Made by a program: the position numbers and the translations under genes
Notes under the pieces: model-generated
Seen by the model: only the letters and a program-made list of their open reading frames with translations
What the model was told of the DNA's origin: nothing
Databases searched by the model: none
Shown here: in pieces, positions 37,249 to 46,932 of the stretch
How positions within the stretch are numbered: the stretch's first letter is position 1
How the letters are laid out: each line of letters opens with the position of its first letter
Source: a virus
Taxonomy: Duplodnaviria > Caudoviricetes
Virus record (IMG/VR): IMGVR_UViG_3300027863_001680
Coordinates: 3,306 to 67,305 of that record
DNA length: 64,000 bases
Direction: 5' to 3' (one strand)

Positions 37249-37560
37249 GTGCATTGGGACCAGATCATCAAGATGGTTGTAGAGAACAAGGAAGTCTTTG
37301 TAGCATTCTTTGTCTCGCTCATTGCCATCGTCAAACTCACAGCTTGGGGTAAGGCCCAGGCGGCAGCGCTCGATGTCATTACCGGCATTATCGAACGCAT
37401 AGGCGCAGGCGAGATCAAGAGCAGAGTCGCGCAAGCGGAGACGAACCTGTCGTCTGCTGCCAGAGACGCGGTCCAGAACTCTGTGGCTAAAGCCGATCCG
37501 AAGAAGACCCCCAAGAGTGCCGTAATCCGGTTCCTCAAGGAAGTCTTCCGGGTGCTTTAG
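37249..37560 (+). CDS. Small membrane protein, holin candidate
   Basis: One N-terminal TM segment; basic C-terminus. Confidence 0.45.
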   Translation: MHWDQIIKMVVENKEVFVAFFVSLIAIVKLTAWGKAQAAALDVITGIIERIGAGEIKSRVAQAETNLSSAARDAVQNSVAKADPKKTPKSAVIRFLKEVFRVL

Positions 37561-37578
37561 AGCAGGGAAACGCAGGCC

Positions 37579-38664
37579 ATGCTTGAATTTCAGGACCAGC
37601 AGCACGAAGAGCGTTACAAGGATAAGTGGTATGGCAAATACCGGGCCTTCGTGCGTGATAATAACGACCCGGAACGACTGGGCAGATGTCGTCTCGAAGT
37701 GCCTGCAGTGCTCGGGATCGGAAATGAGAACTGGTCGGATTGGGCATGGCCCTGCTTTCCCTATGGCGGCAACGACGACATCGGAATGTTCCTGATTCCC
37801 GAAGAGGGGGCAAGCGTCTGGGCGGAGTTCGAAGGCGGCGACCCACAGTATCCTATCTGGACCGGCGTCTGGCTTGCGATGAGCAACCCGGGCGAGCAAC
37901 CGGAGGAATCCAAGAGGCTCTGTTCTTCGACGACCTGCCGGGACTGCGAAGATAAGGCAGAGCACGCCTCGGATGCGGCGGACAACTCCGAGCATCGCAA
38001 GTATCATGCTCACCCGCCTTACTACTGCCCACGTCGGAAGGTCCTTATCAAGACGGAGACAGGCCACACGATTGTGTTCGACGACAGAGACGAAGATGAG
38101 TTTCTCAAGATAATCGACAGGGCCGGGCAGATCCTGCACATGCATTGTCCGGTGAAAGCGGAGGTTCAAAGTGAAAATACTCGGCGGCGTGGGACGTACG
38201 ATTCTGAAGCAGGCTCGCCAAACAGCGAAGCGGGTGCTGGTCAAGGCGGCCAACAGATCGATATCGCGCGCGATATCAAAGACAGCAAAGCGTTTGTTCG
38301 GCTGACGGATGCCTGCCGCCAGTTCCTGTGTCTTGAGGCGTGGCAGGATAAGGAGAAGATTCATATCCAGTCATCGGATGCGACGCGGGCTCGTTGGCAG
38401 AAAATACTCATCGACACCACCAAAGGCCACGAGACCATCCATCTCTGGGGACTCGGCGGCACGCAGGAAGTCCAGATCTGCTCCACTGCTGGAAAAGAAC
38501 AGGTGAGGCTTACCGACAAAGCCGGTCAGGTGTTTGTTCTTTCCTCAGCATCAGGCCGAGAGCGAATTCAGGTAACGGACAAGGCCGGAAGCAAGCTCAC
38601 GATGGACGGAGCTATGGGACATGTCATCGTTCGCTCCAGCGGAAAGGTACTCATCAATCCATGA
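37579..38664 (+). CDS. Baseplate spike (gpV/VgrG OB-fold)
   Basis: YGKYRA.V.DN.DPE.LGR, WAWP, PEEG..VW.EFEGGDP.YPIW.G. Confidence 0.92.
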   Translation: MLEFQDQQHEERYKDKWYGKYRAFVRDNNDPERLGRCRLEVPAVLGIGNENWSDWAWPCFPYGGNDDIGMFLIPEEGASVWAEFEGGDPQYPIWTGVWLAMSNPGEQPEESKRLCSSTTCRDCEDKAEHASDAADNSEHRKYHAHPPYYCPRRKVLIKTETGHTIVFDDRDEDEFLKIIDRAGQILHMHCPVKAEVQSENTRRRGTYDSEAGSPNSEAGAGQGGQQIDIARDIKDSKAFVRLTDACRQFLCLEAWQDKEKIHIQSSDATRARWQKILIDTTKGHETIHLWGLGGTQEVQICSTAGKEQVRLTDKAGQVFVLSSASGRERIQVTDKAGSKLTMDGAMGHVIVRSSGKVLINP

Positions 38665-38679
38665 CGAGGAGAAACCTCT

Positions 38680-39057
38680 ATGGCTGAAAACGAATGCCAG
38701 GGACCGGGAAAGTGCGGTTGGGTCGAAAGCGAGAGATTGCTTGCCAAGACCTTTGATGCATGGCGAGCGGAGTTCCGCTCGATACTTGAGGAGCACCGGC
38801 GCGACATCCAGGGGCGGCTTGAAAAGATCGAGCGAGAGATAGAGAAGAAGTCGGATAAGGAAAATGTCGAGCTTGTTGTCCGGGGAATCAATGACGAACT
38901 CGCGCGGCACGCCGAGGAGATAAAGAGCCTGCACACAGGTCTTGATGGCAAAGTCGGAGTCGAGACCATGTGGAAAGTCGTCGGGCTTGTGGTCGCTGTC
39001 GGCGGGATCATCAGCGGTGTTATCAGCGCAATCATCAACTATTTCACGAGGCACTAA
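38680..39057 (+). CDS. Coiled-coil protein with a C-terminal TM helix
   Basis: Heptad pattern, then VVGLVVAVGGIISGVISAII. Confidence 0.55.
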   Translation: MAENECQGPGKCGWVESERLLAKTFDAWRAEFRSILEEHRRDIQGRLEKIEREIEKKSDKENVELVVRGINDELARHAEEIKSLHTGLDGKVGVETMWKVVGLVVAVGGIISGVISAIINYFTRH

Positions 39058-39060
39058 CCG

Positions 39061-39327
39061 ATGGCAAGACCGCAGGCAAGGCTCGGAGATGCATCTAGTC
39101 ATGGTGGGACGATCATTACCGGCTCGCTCACTACGATGGTGAACGGTAGACCCGCTGCTCGGATGGGTGACATGCACGTCTGCCCAATTCCTTATCACGG
39201 CGTAACCCCCATCGTTACCGGCAGCTTGAAAACAACCATTGACGGCAGGCCCAATGCAAGGCTGGGTGATGTTACTGGCTGCGGTGCTGTCATCGTGGGC
39301 GGAAGCCTGGATACTATGGTGGATTAG
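39061..39327 (+). CDS. PAAR spike-tip protein
   Basis: ARLGD, PAARMGD..CP, ARLGD..CG. Confidence 0.95.
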   Translation: MARPQARLGDASSHGGTIITGSLTTMVNGRPAARMGDMHVCPIPYHGVTPIVTGSLKTTIDGRPNARLGDVTGCGAVIVGGSLDTMVD

Positions 39328-39334
39328 GAAAACT

Positions 39335-39625
39335 ATGACTGATTTGCAGGTTCAATACTGGGATGTCTTTCCCAAGTCGATAAAGGTCTCGCACGGGTCA
39401 CTCAATATGATGGTGCCGCTCTCAGTCCGTGGCAATCCCAGAGGCAGGGTGATATTCGACTCTTCAAACTGGGCCATAGCTACTGTTAGCGAAGACGGTA
39501 TTGTATCGCTCGGCTACAATGTCGGAGCGACCGTGATCTCTGCCTACGACAGCGAGGATCGCACGAGCGTGCGTTATGTGCAGGTCGAGGTCATAAGTGT
39601 CGCGGAGGCGGTGTCAATTGCCTGA
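39335..39625 (+). CDS. Ig-like (Big_2) domain protein
   Basis: F.SSN..IATVSEDG.V...G.TVI pattern. Confidence 0.7.
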   Translation: MTDLQVQYWDVFPKSIKVSHGSLNMMVPLSVRGNPRGRVIFDSSNWAIATVSEDGIVSLGYNVGATVISAYDSEDRTSVRYVQVEVISVAEAVSIA

Positions 39626-40370
39626 GGATGGGCTGGTCGTTCCATACTGGGATGTGCGGCCCAGGCAAATAAGGTTGCCATACGATCAGGTGGTGAAATC
39701 GTTTCCGATTGATATCCTCGGTGTGCCCGGTGGCGATGTAGTATTCACATCGACGGATATGAACATCGCTTTTGTATCGGATGGGCTGCTCACATGCGGA
39801 GCAAACGCGGGCGCGGCGGTGATTATCGTGGAAGCAGTGCAAGACGGTGTTGTCGCGTCGCGTCGCTACGTGCAGATTGATATCGGAACGGAAGCGCAGC
39901 AGCCAGTGGCTCCGCCCGCAATCCGTGAGATCGTACCATCGGGCTATGTAGAGGAACTGCCGGATGGTGTCTGGCATTTCAAATACTTCACCGACTGGTT
40001 CGATCAGTGGGGCGGCAACATCCGTGTGCATGGTGAGCTTGCGATAGTCTTGGACCTTGATAAGCACTACCGGCTCTACTTCGATGTGTGGGGCGATATA
40101 GAGAGCATGGGTGTCCGCAATCACGATACGCTGGACCTGTACTTCAATAACACGTGGAAACGCAATTTCAATCCGACAACGCCTGTAATCTATCCGGCAT
40201 GGAACCAGCCGTATGTTATTCCAAGGCGTACAGAGTGGGTGGACCTGTGGGAGTTCATCGGCCGGAGTGTAACGGTGCGCTTTGTGTGGGATACGCAGGA
40301 TGCGCTTTATCAGATGTTCGATGGCTGGTACGTCGGCAACATAAGGCTTGCTCCACCCTGGGGGATTTGA
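39618..40370 (+). CDS. Ig-like (Big_2) + beta-sandwich protein, paralogous to the preceding gene
   Basis: TTG at 39618 after GGAGG; shares YWDV.P..I and RYVQ(V/I). Confidence 0.6.
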   Translation: MPEDGLVVPYWDVRPRQIRLPYDQVVKSFPIDILGVPGGDVVFTSTDMNIAFVSDGLLTCGANAGAAVIIVEAVQDGVVASRRYVQIDIGTEAQQPVAPPAIREIVPSGYVEELPDGVWHFKYFTDWFDQWGGNIRVHGELAIVLDLDKHYRLYFDVWGDIESMGVRNHDTLDLYFNNTWKRNFNPTTPVIYPAWNQPYVIPRRTEWVDLWEFIGRSVTVRFVWDTQDALYQMFDGWYVGNIRLAPPWGI

Positions 40371-40371
40371 T

Positions 40372-41292
40372 ATGGCAGACAATGAAACAACACCGCAGCC
40401 GCTTATAGAACAGACCAGCTCTTCGGAGAACCATTACGAGCTGATGGCTATCGCTCAGGCTTCCTGGGAATGGTTCGGCCTCAACAGGGAAAAGCCGTAT
40501 CTTGAGGAGATGACGGAAGATCTGCATGCGATCCGAACGCTGATGGAACAGAGCTGGGCTGCGACTGAGTTGCTCCGGCAGGAAGTGCAAAGTGTGCTTA
40601 ACGCGCATGCACAAAGCGCCCAGGAGTATATCCGGCAGGTTGAAGAACCTGTGCCGGTGGACTATCACCCGTTCACATCTATGCCAATAGGGACTACCGT
40701 GCGTGATCTGCCGGATGGCGGACGGCTCTTCGGTTTTACCGACGGAGCATTCCTGCGGGTGTTCCCTGACGGCTCAATGAGCGCCATCGGTGAGGATGGA
40801 ACACCAACGGCAGTCATGCCTGCAACGGGTGGCAAGGTTACGCTGCCAGATGGTCGGGAGCTAACGCTTGCGAGCGATGCGACGAAAGTGACGCATGAGG
40901 CAGCAGGCATAGAAGGACTGCCGGATGGTATCGAGCCGGCGCTTGCCTCGCCGGGTAGATACAGCGTCGAACTGCCGGGCGGAATACGGCTGGGCGTGTG
41001 TCACCGCGGGAGGGTCGCGTCGGTCATCAACCCGTCCGGTACGATCGTAGTGCTGGGGGTCACCAGGATCGAGGGAATCGGCGAGGAAGTTCAGGCGCGA
41101 AGTATTTCCGGCGGGGCAAAGAGCTTCCGCGCGATGGAAAGCGGGCATGCCGGGATGATCGAGTCTGGCGGCACGATACATCTTTCGCTTTCAATCGGCC
41201 TCGATCTCGTGATCCATTTCCCAGAAAACGGCGGTGGCGATGACGGTGATGTTTCCGGTGCGGTTTGCTTCAACTGCCAGGAGCCTGATTGA
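40372..41292 (+). CDS. Hypothetical protein with repeated (L/F)PDG beta-hairpins
   Basis: ATG at 40372; LPDGG, FPDGS, LPDGR, LPGG repeats. Confidence 0.6.
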   Translation: MADNETTPQPLIEQTSSSENHYELMAIAQASWEWFGLNREKPYLEEMTEDLHAIRTLMEQSWAATELLRQEVQSVLNAHAQSAQEYIRQVEEPVPVDYHPFTSMPIGTTVRDLPDGGRLFGFTDGAFLRVFPDGSMSAIGEDGTPTAVMPATGGKVTLPDGRELTLASDATKVTHEAAGIEGLPDGIEPALASPGRYSVELPGGIRLGVCHRGRVASVINPSGTIVVLGVTRIEGIGEEVQARSISGGAKSFRAMESGHAGMIESGGTIHLSLSIGLDLVIHFPENGGGDDGDVSGAVCFNCQEPD

Positions 41293-41747
41293 TGAGCACT
41301 GACTTTCTCGGTAAGGGTCTGAGGTTTCCGTTCGCATTTCAGAAGCGTTCCGGCGGTGCGCAGGTCTCGACAATCACATCAATGGACCATGCGCATATAC
41401 ATGAGAGTATCCTGCAAATCCTTGGCACGCGGCCGGGTGAGCGGTTTATGAACCCGGAGTTTGGCTCACACGTGCGCGACCTGGTCTTCGAACCGAACGG
41501 CCCGGTCCTAAGAGGACTGCTGCGCCATTACATCATCGATGATGTTGAGCGATGGGAAAAGCGGGTGGTCGTAACGGATGTGTCATTCGACGAATCAGCC
41601 GAAGCAGTCGACAGCAATACATTATATGTACGCATCTCATATCGGGTGATAGATGCTCAGGCAGAGGGCAATCTAGTGTGGCCATTCTGCCGGGAGGAAC
41701 TAATCGAGTCTTCCGATGCCGACGCGAGGAGAGTATCCATTGGGTAG
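41289..41747 (+). CDS. Baseplate wedge protein (gp25/gpW-like)
   Basis: ILGTRPGERFMNPEFG, WEKRV. Confidence 0.92.
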   Translation: MMSTDFLGKGLRFPFAFQKRSGGAQVSTITSMDHAHIHESILQILGTRPGERFMNPEFGSHVRDLVFEPNGPVLRGLLRHYIIDDVERWEKRVVVTDVSFDESAEAVDSNTLYVRISYRVIDAQAEGNLVWPFCREELIESSDADARRVSIG

Positions 41748-43152
41748 AGCGAGCATCTCATATACGAATAAGGACTACGAATCACTCAGGCAGGAACTCC
41801 TTGCCCGTGTGCCGCAGCTAACCGACCGCTGGACTGACTTCAATGAGTCGGACCTCGGCGTAGTGCTATTGGAGCTGTTCTGCGGCGTCGGCGATATGCT
41901 CGCCTACTATCTCGACGCTCAGGCTGCCGAAGCGTTCCTGCCTACCGCACGTCAGCGTCAGAACATCATCAACCTATGCAAGCTCATAAACTACAGGCTC
42001 GATACTCCAGTTGCCGCGACTACGACTCTGCGCTTCAGTTTGCCGTCCGCGTTGGATGCCGACCTGACGATTCCCGCAGGCACCGTGTGCAAAGCGAGCC
42101 TCGATGATGGCGATGTGGAGTTCGAGACTGTCGAGGGCGCTGTTATTCCCCGCAGCCAATTGTCTGTTGATGTGGATGCCTGGCAGGGTGCACGAAAGAA
42201 CGAAGAGTTCGCGGCGACTGGAGACCAGGATCAGAAGCTGGCGCTTACTTCGACTAGCATCGCTCAGGGATCGGTCCGTGTCCGTGTCGGGACGATTTAC
42301 TGGGAGGAAGCTCGATTCTTTATTGACAGCGCGGCGGACTCGAAGCATTTCCAGGTGGAGACCGACGGGCTGGATATCACCTGGATTATCTTCGGCGATG
42401 GAATCCACGGCGCGATCCCTCCAGTCGGCGAGACGATCACGGTCGAGTATCTTGAGACCCTCGGCGCAAAGGGCAACATCGGGCGCAACCTGGTGACAGA
42501 TGTTGTCAGCACGATCTACCACAGCGGAACACAGATCGACCTTGCAGTCATCAACTCCATCGCATCCACAGGTGGTTCCGACCGAGAGACTCTGGCACAT
42601 GCGAAACTGCAGGCTCCTGCCGAACTGCGCTCGCTGTGGAAAGCCGTTACCAAGGATGATTACAAGGCACTCGCCGAGGGTTTCCCCGGTGTAGCGAAGG
42701 CTCAGGTTCTCGATGCCAACGATTGTGTCAACATCCGCTACTATCAGGTCAACATGGCTGTAGCGCCGAATGGCGGAGGGTTGCCGTCACCGCTCTTAAA
42801 GCAGCAGCTTGCCGAGTTCATCGAGTCGCGCAAGGTGATCACCATCGAGGTGAACCTCTTCGATCCCTGCTATCGCCCGGTGGCTGTCGATGCCGAGGTG
42901 TTCGTGTATCCGACAGAGGATACCCAGACCGTGCGCGCCCGGATCGAGGAGGCGCTACGTGAGTTCTTCTCGTTCGAGAAGATGACGTTTGGGCAGCCGG
43001 CATACTTCTCGGATATCGTCTCGCTCATTGATGGCATCAGCGGCGTGAGTCACGTGACGATGTTTTCGCCGCAGGCTGATGTCGAGATAGAGCCGGGCCA
43101 GATCGCGGCACTTGGTGAGGTTCACCTGGACATGAGGGTCGCGGCGTTATGA
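41740..43152 (+). CDS. Baseplate J-like wedge protein
   Basis: YTNKDYES, WTDFNESD.G, AVT..DY..LA. Confidence 0.92.
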   Translation: MGRASISYTNKDYESLRQELLARVPQLTDRWTDFNESDLGVVLLELFCGVGDMLAYYLDAQAAEAFLPTARQRQNIINLCKLINYRLDTPVAATTTLRFSLPSALDADLTIPAGTVCKASLDDGDVEFETVEGAVIPRSQLSVDVDAWQGARKNEEFAATGDQDQKLALTSTSIAQGSVRVRVGTIYWEEARFFIDSAADSKHFQVETDGLDITWIIFGDGIHGAIPPVGETITVEYLETLGAKGNIGRNLVTDVVSTIYHSGTQIDLAVINSIASTGGSDRETLAHAKLQAPAELRSLWKAVTKDDYKALAEGFPGVAKAQVLDANDCVNIRYYQVNMAVAPNGGGLPSPLLKQQLAEFIESRKVITIEVNLFDPCYRPVAVDAEVFVYPTEDTQTVRARIEEALREFFSFEKMTFGQPAYFSDIVSLIDGISGVSHVTMFSPQADVEIEPGQIAALGEVHLDMRVAAL

Positions 43153-44198
43153 GCAGCTACTTCGAGGATAAGCTCATAGACCTCATGCCGCCCATCTGCC
43201 GCGAGAGCGATACCAGTGGCGATCTTCGCGCATTTCTGGCAATTCCCGCAGCAACACTCGATGAACTCAAGAGTCTCATCGACCACCTGCCGGACATCTT
43301 CGACATAGACCGCTGTGACGTCAGGTTCATTCCCTTGCTGGCTGCAATCGTCGGCTACGCTTTCGATCCCACTCGTGATCCGGACATTCAGCGGCGCGAG
43401 ATTCGCGAGGTAATCGAGTCCTACCGGCGAAAGGGAAGCGTTCCAGCCATTCACCGTTCGCTCGTGAATGTCGGATGGGAAGGCAGGATAGATGAAACAT
43501 TCCACTCTGCGCTTCGGCTCAACAAACGGTCTGTTTCCAATCACGCGAAACTGCCCGGTCGTATTCATAGTCTGGGTGTCTACCGCGTGGAGTGCGAGAA
43601 TCTGGTCTCGGGCCTACGCGACGCGCTCCAGTCTCATCATCCAGCAGGTATGAAGACCTACTTCATTCAGTGGCTCCGCACATTAGAATCCATGGAGAGC
43701 TTTGCCGCAACGCTTGCCAGGCTTGTAGAAATGGTGATGATGGGTCATCTCCACGAGACATTCGTCGTCAGACACAACAGGCTCAATTCGGGTTACAAGC
43801 TCACATATAAGGAGAAGACCTGGGGCGTTTGGGAAATCTCATGCCACTCCACGCTGCTCACGGACATCGAGCGTGCCGGAACACGAGTTCTCCGATGGCT
43901 GAGGCCAACACCTGGATTCAAGCTCAATTCCGGGACACTCAACTCAGAGAACCTCGCAAACCTCTGGATAAGCGAGGGCAGAGCCGGATTCACGTGCGAG
44001 GTCGATACCGGCTCTTACTACGGACCTGTGCGAACCATCTTGAAAACGTGCAGGCAGCATCTTAACAAAGCAAGGTTCAACCATGCGCAGTCGGCCTGCC
44101 ACGTTCTGTTCAGACAGAAAGACTTCTATGCATTTGCGCAGGCTGGTTTCACCAGAGCTGCCAATCTATACACGGTCTTGCAGTGGCCGACTGACTAG
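43149..44198 (+). CDS. Tail protein I-like (P2 gpI)
   Basis: FLPLLA..VG; YRRKGS..AI; follows gpJ. Confidence 0.8.
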   Translation: MSSYFEDKLIDLMPPICRESDTSGDLRAFLAIPAATLDELKSLIDHLPDIFDIDRCDVRFIPLLAAIVGYAFDPTRDPDIQRREIREVIESYRRKGSVPAIHRSLVNVGWEGRIDETFHSALRLNKRSVSNHAKLPGRIHSLGVYRVECENLVSGLRDALQSHHPAGMKTYFIQWLRTLESMESFAATLARLVEMVMMGHLHETFVVRHNRLNSGYKLTYKEKTWGVWEISCHSTLLTDIERAGTRVLRWLRPTPGFKLNSGTLNSENLANLWISEGRAGFTCEVDTGSYYGPVRTILKTCRQHLNKARFNHAQSACHVLFRQKDFYAFAQAGFTRAANLYTVLQWPTD

Positions 44199-44207
44199 GA
44201 GAGGATC

Positions 44208-44801
44208 ATGGCTATACATTTATATATAGACACAGACTTGACAGACCAGATATCCGAGGGCACAATGGCTAACCCCGATTCGGATATCTACAACGGCTCT
44301 GACGGTGAGTCCAAAGATCGCGAGCTGTTCGTCGCCAACGAACAGACCACGCTTGCTGCTGCCATGAACTCATCTCAAACCAGCATACAGCTCTCAGATC
44401 CCAGGTTTGTAAACGATGAAGCGATCATCATCGGCAGCGAGCAGATGAGAGTTCTTAGCGGTGGCGGCACGACGACTCTTACTGTCGAGCGTGGCTATGG
44501 CGGCACTACTCCGACCGGCCACAGTTCCGGCACAAAAGTCTACTCAGGTTATGACTACACGGGACTCGTCGTGCAGGTGCTCGATACCGCTGGCAGTGAC
44601 GAATCCACCTGGTGCAGGCTTGCTCTAGCCCAGGCCGATCTGGATTCGGCAACGCCGGGTGCGCAGCTCATTCTGGGAGACAAGGCGCACGCGATAAAGC
44701 TCTCCTTCTGGCGGCGGATAAGCGTCCCTGCCGGAACGCCTGTTCAGAACAAAACAGATGTCAAGCTGCGGATTCTCGGCACTGAATTCCCGATCTTGTA
44801 G
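44208..44801 (+). CDS. Tail-associated hypothetical protein
   Basis: GGAGAGG RBS; fibre module. Confidence 0.55.
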   Translation: MAIHLYIDTDLTDQISEGTMANPDSDIYNGSDGESKDRELFVANEQTTLAAAMNSSQTSIQLSDPRFVNDEAIIIGSEQMRVLSGGGTTTLTVERGYGGTTPTGHSSGTKVYSGYDYTGLVVQVLDTAGSDESTWCRLALAQADLDSATPGAQLILGDKAHAIKLSFWRRISVPAGTPVQNKTDVKLRILGTEFPIL

Positions 44802-44810
44802 GAGGACGAA

Positions 44811-45797
44811 ATGGCATATTACAGCACATCCGGCACAGCCAACAATACGGCCGATCTACTCGTTAAGCTCAAGGATTTTCTGGTAACGATGTGCGGCTGG
44901 ACACTGCACGACGATGGTTCCGGCCTGGCCGATCCCTACTACGTTCTGAAATCAAGCGGCGAATCGGGGATGGAAGACATCTACATTCAGTTCATAAACG
45001 ACTCCAGTTCCGACTGCATATCCGTTAAGGGTTATCTCTACTGGAATGCCGATACGCATGCCGGTATCAAGGTCGTGTTTTCCTCGGGAGCTACCGTGAT
45101 CTCTACCAAAGACTCGGCTCAGTTCCTTTACTGGCTATATGGCGATCTTGACCACGTGTTTGTTGTAACGAAGATTACTGCCACCTACTATGGCCACTAC
45201 AGCGGGATCATCAAGCGCTACTGGTCGGGAGCAGTAGCGATAACTCAAGCGGCTGTGACTGCGGGAAGCAATGTCGTGATTCAGATAAATGATGCTTCGC
45301 TGTTGACAGTGGGCAGCTACTACATTATCAAGGACGACGCGAACATAGAACGTGTGCAGGTAACAGCAAGGGACACAGAGTCGACGCCGAATACGATCAC
45401 CATCGCAACGCTGGTGGCTGGCTATGCAAGTGGAGCCAAAGTCGGGGAAGATCCGCAGCCGGTGATCATCGGTCGAAACAATATGCCAGGGAGTCTCTAT
45501 GCTCTGAACAAGTGGAACGGCTACACAAGTGCGACCGGGCAGACGGGAAGCTGCGGAGCTGCTAATGCCACTTATGCTGGATATGCCGACCCCGACGTGC
45601 GCTACGGTCTGACAATCATGTTCCCCTGGCTTGTGGCAATGACCTCGACCGGTAACGAGGAAGTGCGAGGCGAACTCATCGACGTATATTCCATAGGTTC
45701 GGGTGCAGGTGATTCGGAAGATGTTCTGGACCTGGGCACAGGCACGTATAAGATGTTCAATCTGTCCAATGGCGGCTGGTGCGCGATTAAGGAGTAA
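44811..45797 (+). CDS. Tail fibre-associated structural protein (putative)
   Basis: Ser/Thr/Gly-rich beta protein; GGAGG RBS. Confidence 0.55.
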   Translation: MAYYSTSGTANNTADLLVKLKDFLVTMCGWTLHDDGSGLADPYYVLKSSGESGMEDIYIQFINDSSSDCISVKGYLYWNADTHAGIKVVFSSGATVISTKDSAQFLYWLYGDLDHVFVVTKITATYYGHYSGIIKRYWSGAVAITQAAVTAGSNVVIQINDASLLTVGSYYIIKDDANIERVQVTARDTESTPNTITIATLVAGYASGAKVGEDPQPVIIGRNNMPGSLYALNKWNGYTSATGQTGSCGAANATYAGYADPDVRYGLTIMFPWLVAMTSTGNEEVRGELIDVYSIGSGAGDSEDVLDLGTGTYKMFNLSNGGWCAIKE

Positions 45798-45800
45798 GTT

Positions 45801-45932
45801 ATGGCAGTAAGGCCCGCAAAGAAACCCAACATACGAAACTGGATCGGAGTGGTCAGGCCCCGGTTCAAGCCGTTCAGAATTCTTGGCAAGCCGCATATTG
45901 TCAGAGGGAGGCTGAGACGTGGCCGTACATAA
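45801..45932 (+). CDS. Small basic protein (43 aa, MAVRPAKKPNIRNW...), not in the ORF track
   Basis: AAGGAG RBS; fills the gap between tightly packed genes. Confidence 0.5.
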   Translation: MAVRPAKKPNIRNWIGVVRPRFKPFRILGKPHIVRGRLRRGRT

Positions 45933-46380
45933 AGGCCGCAAGAACACTCTCAGTCCCTTAAGAGGCACGGTCATACCGACAAATCGTGTGCTGGGGCCGA
46001 TAAGCAAGGCGATCATCTTTGAACTGCCGGAGGCCACCAGCGGCATTCAGACGATTGCGCGCCCCGTCGATGTGTCTACTGTCACCATCAGAAGTGTCGT
46101 TGTGGGCGCAGACTTGCGAGCAGTTGTGATCGGCTCACTGAACGCGACGCTCGATGTCAGGATTCTGGCAGTCCGGCCGGTATTTGTCACTGGCGGTCTA
46201 CAAATGACAATCTATCACGTGCTTGATATGCGCCCGGATATCAGTGAAGCTATCTTCGGTCCGGTGGAGAGATTGTCTGACTGCGCCCAGGTGGTCTTGC
46301 ACCGGCTGATGTCAGATGCAGACATCAAACAAAGCATCTATGTGTATCTCTTCCGGGAGAGCCATGAGATACAGGTTTAG
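45919..46380 (+). CDS. Hypothetical protein
   Basis: GGGAGG RBS; in operon. Confidence 0.55.
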   Translation: MAVHKGRKNTLSPLRGTVIPTNRVLGPISKAIIFELPEATSGIQTIARPVDVSTVTIRSVVVGADLRAVVIGSLNATLDVRILAVRPVFVTGGLQMTIYHVLDMRPDISEAIFGPVERLSDCAQVVLHRLMSDADIKQSIYVYLFRESHEIQV

Positions 46381-46389
46381 GAGAACGAT

Positions 46390-46923
46390 ATGTCCCTTGG
46401 ACTAATAACAGCCAGCGGCCGCGTGCTGACCGCAAAGCTTCTGATGGGCGACTCTATCGACGGTATCACGCACTGTGCCATAGGCGACGGTGACGCGACG
46501 TTCATCGACCCGCTTAACCCGCCTGCGCCTACGATAGAGCAGAATGCGCTCAAGCATGAGTGCGCCCGGAAGAGGCACTATAAACGCAGATTTCTTACTG
46601 AAGACCCGGAAGGTGTGCTTGTCGTAAACGGCATCCACTACTCAGAAACCGGTCAGGAGACTAATATCATAGGTGTCTTCTTCCGGTTCGAGGAGGGAGA
46701 AGCAAACGGCATCACAATCCGCGAGTACGGTTTCTTTGGTGGTAACGTCGGCTATATCGACGGCCTGCAGTCTGATTACGCTGCGGGCGGCGTGTTCCAT
46801 GCCATCACCAATCCGGACGGGCAGGTGCTTGTCCCAGGCTATCTCTACGAAGTGAAGAACATCCCCGACTTCAACAAGACCTCCGACACGCGTGTCGAGC
46901 TGGTCGGGGTCATCAAGATATAG
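46390..46923 (+). CDS. Tail collar / fibre attachment protein (putative)
   Basis: ITASGR, AIGDG, IREYGFFGG resemble tail-collar proteins. Confidence 0.65.
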   Translation: MSLGLITASGRVLTAKLLMGDSIDGITHCAIGDGDATFIDPLNPPAPTIEQNALKHECARKRHYKRRFLTEDPEGVLVVNGIHYSETGQETNIIGVFFRFEEGEANGITIREYGFFGGNVGYIDGLQSDYAAGGVFHAITNPDGQVLVPGYLYEVKNIPDFNKTSDTRVELVGVIKI

Positions 46924-46932
46924 GAGAAGACT

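Noticed and set aside
37219-38364. Long antisense ORFs (e.g. 37219..38364, 1798..2763, 21154..22122, 51689..52723)
   Set aside because: Shadows of well-supported genes in GC-rich DNA; no motifs or RBS
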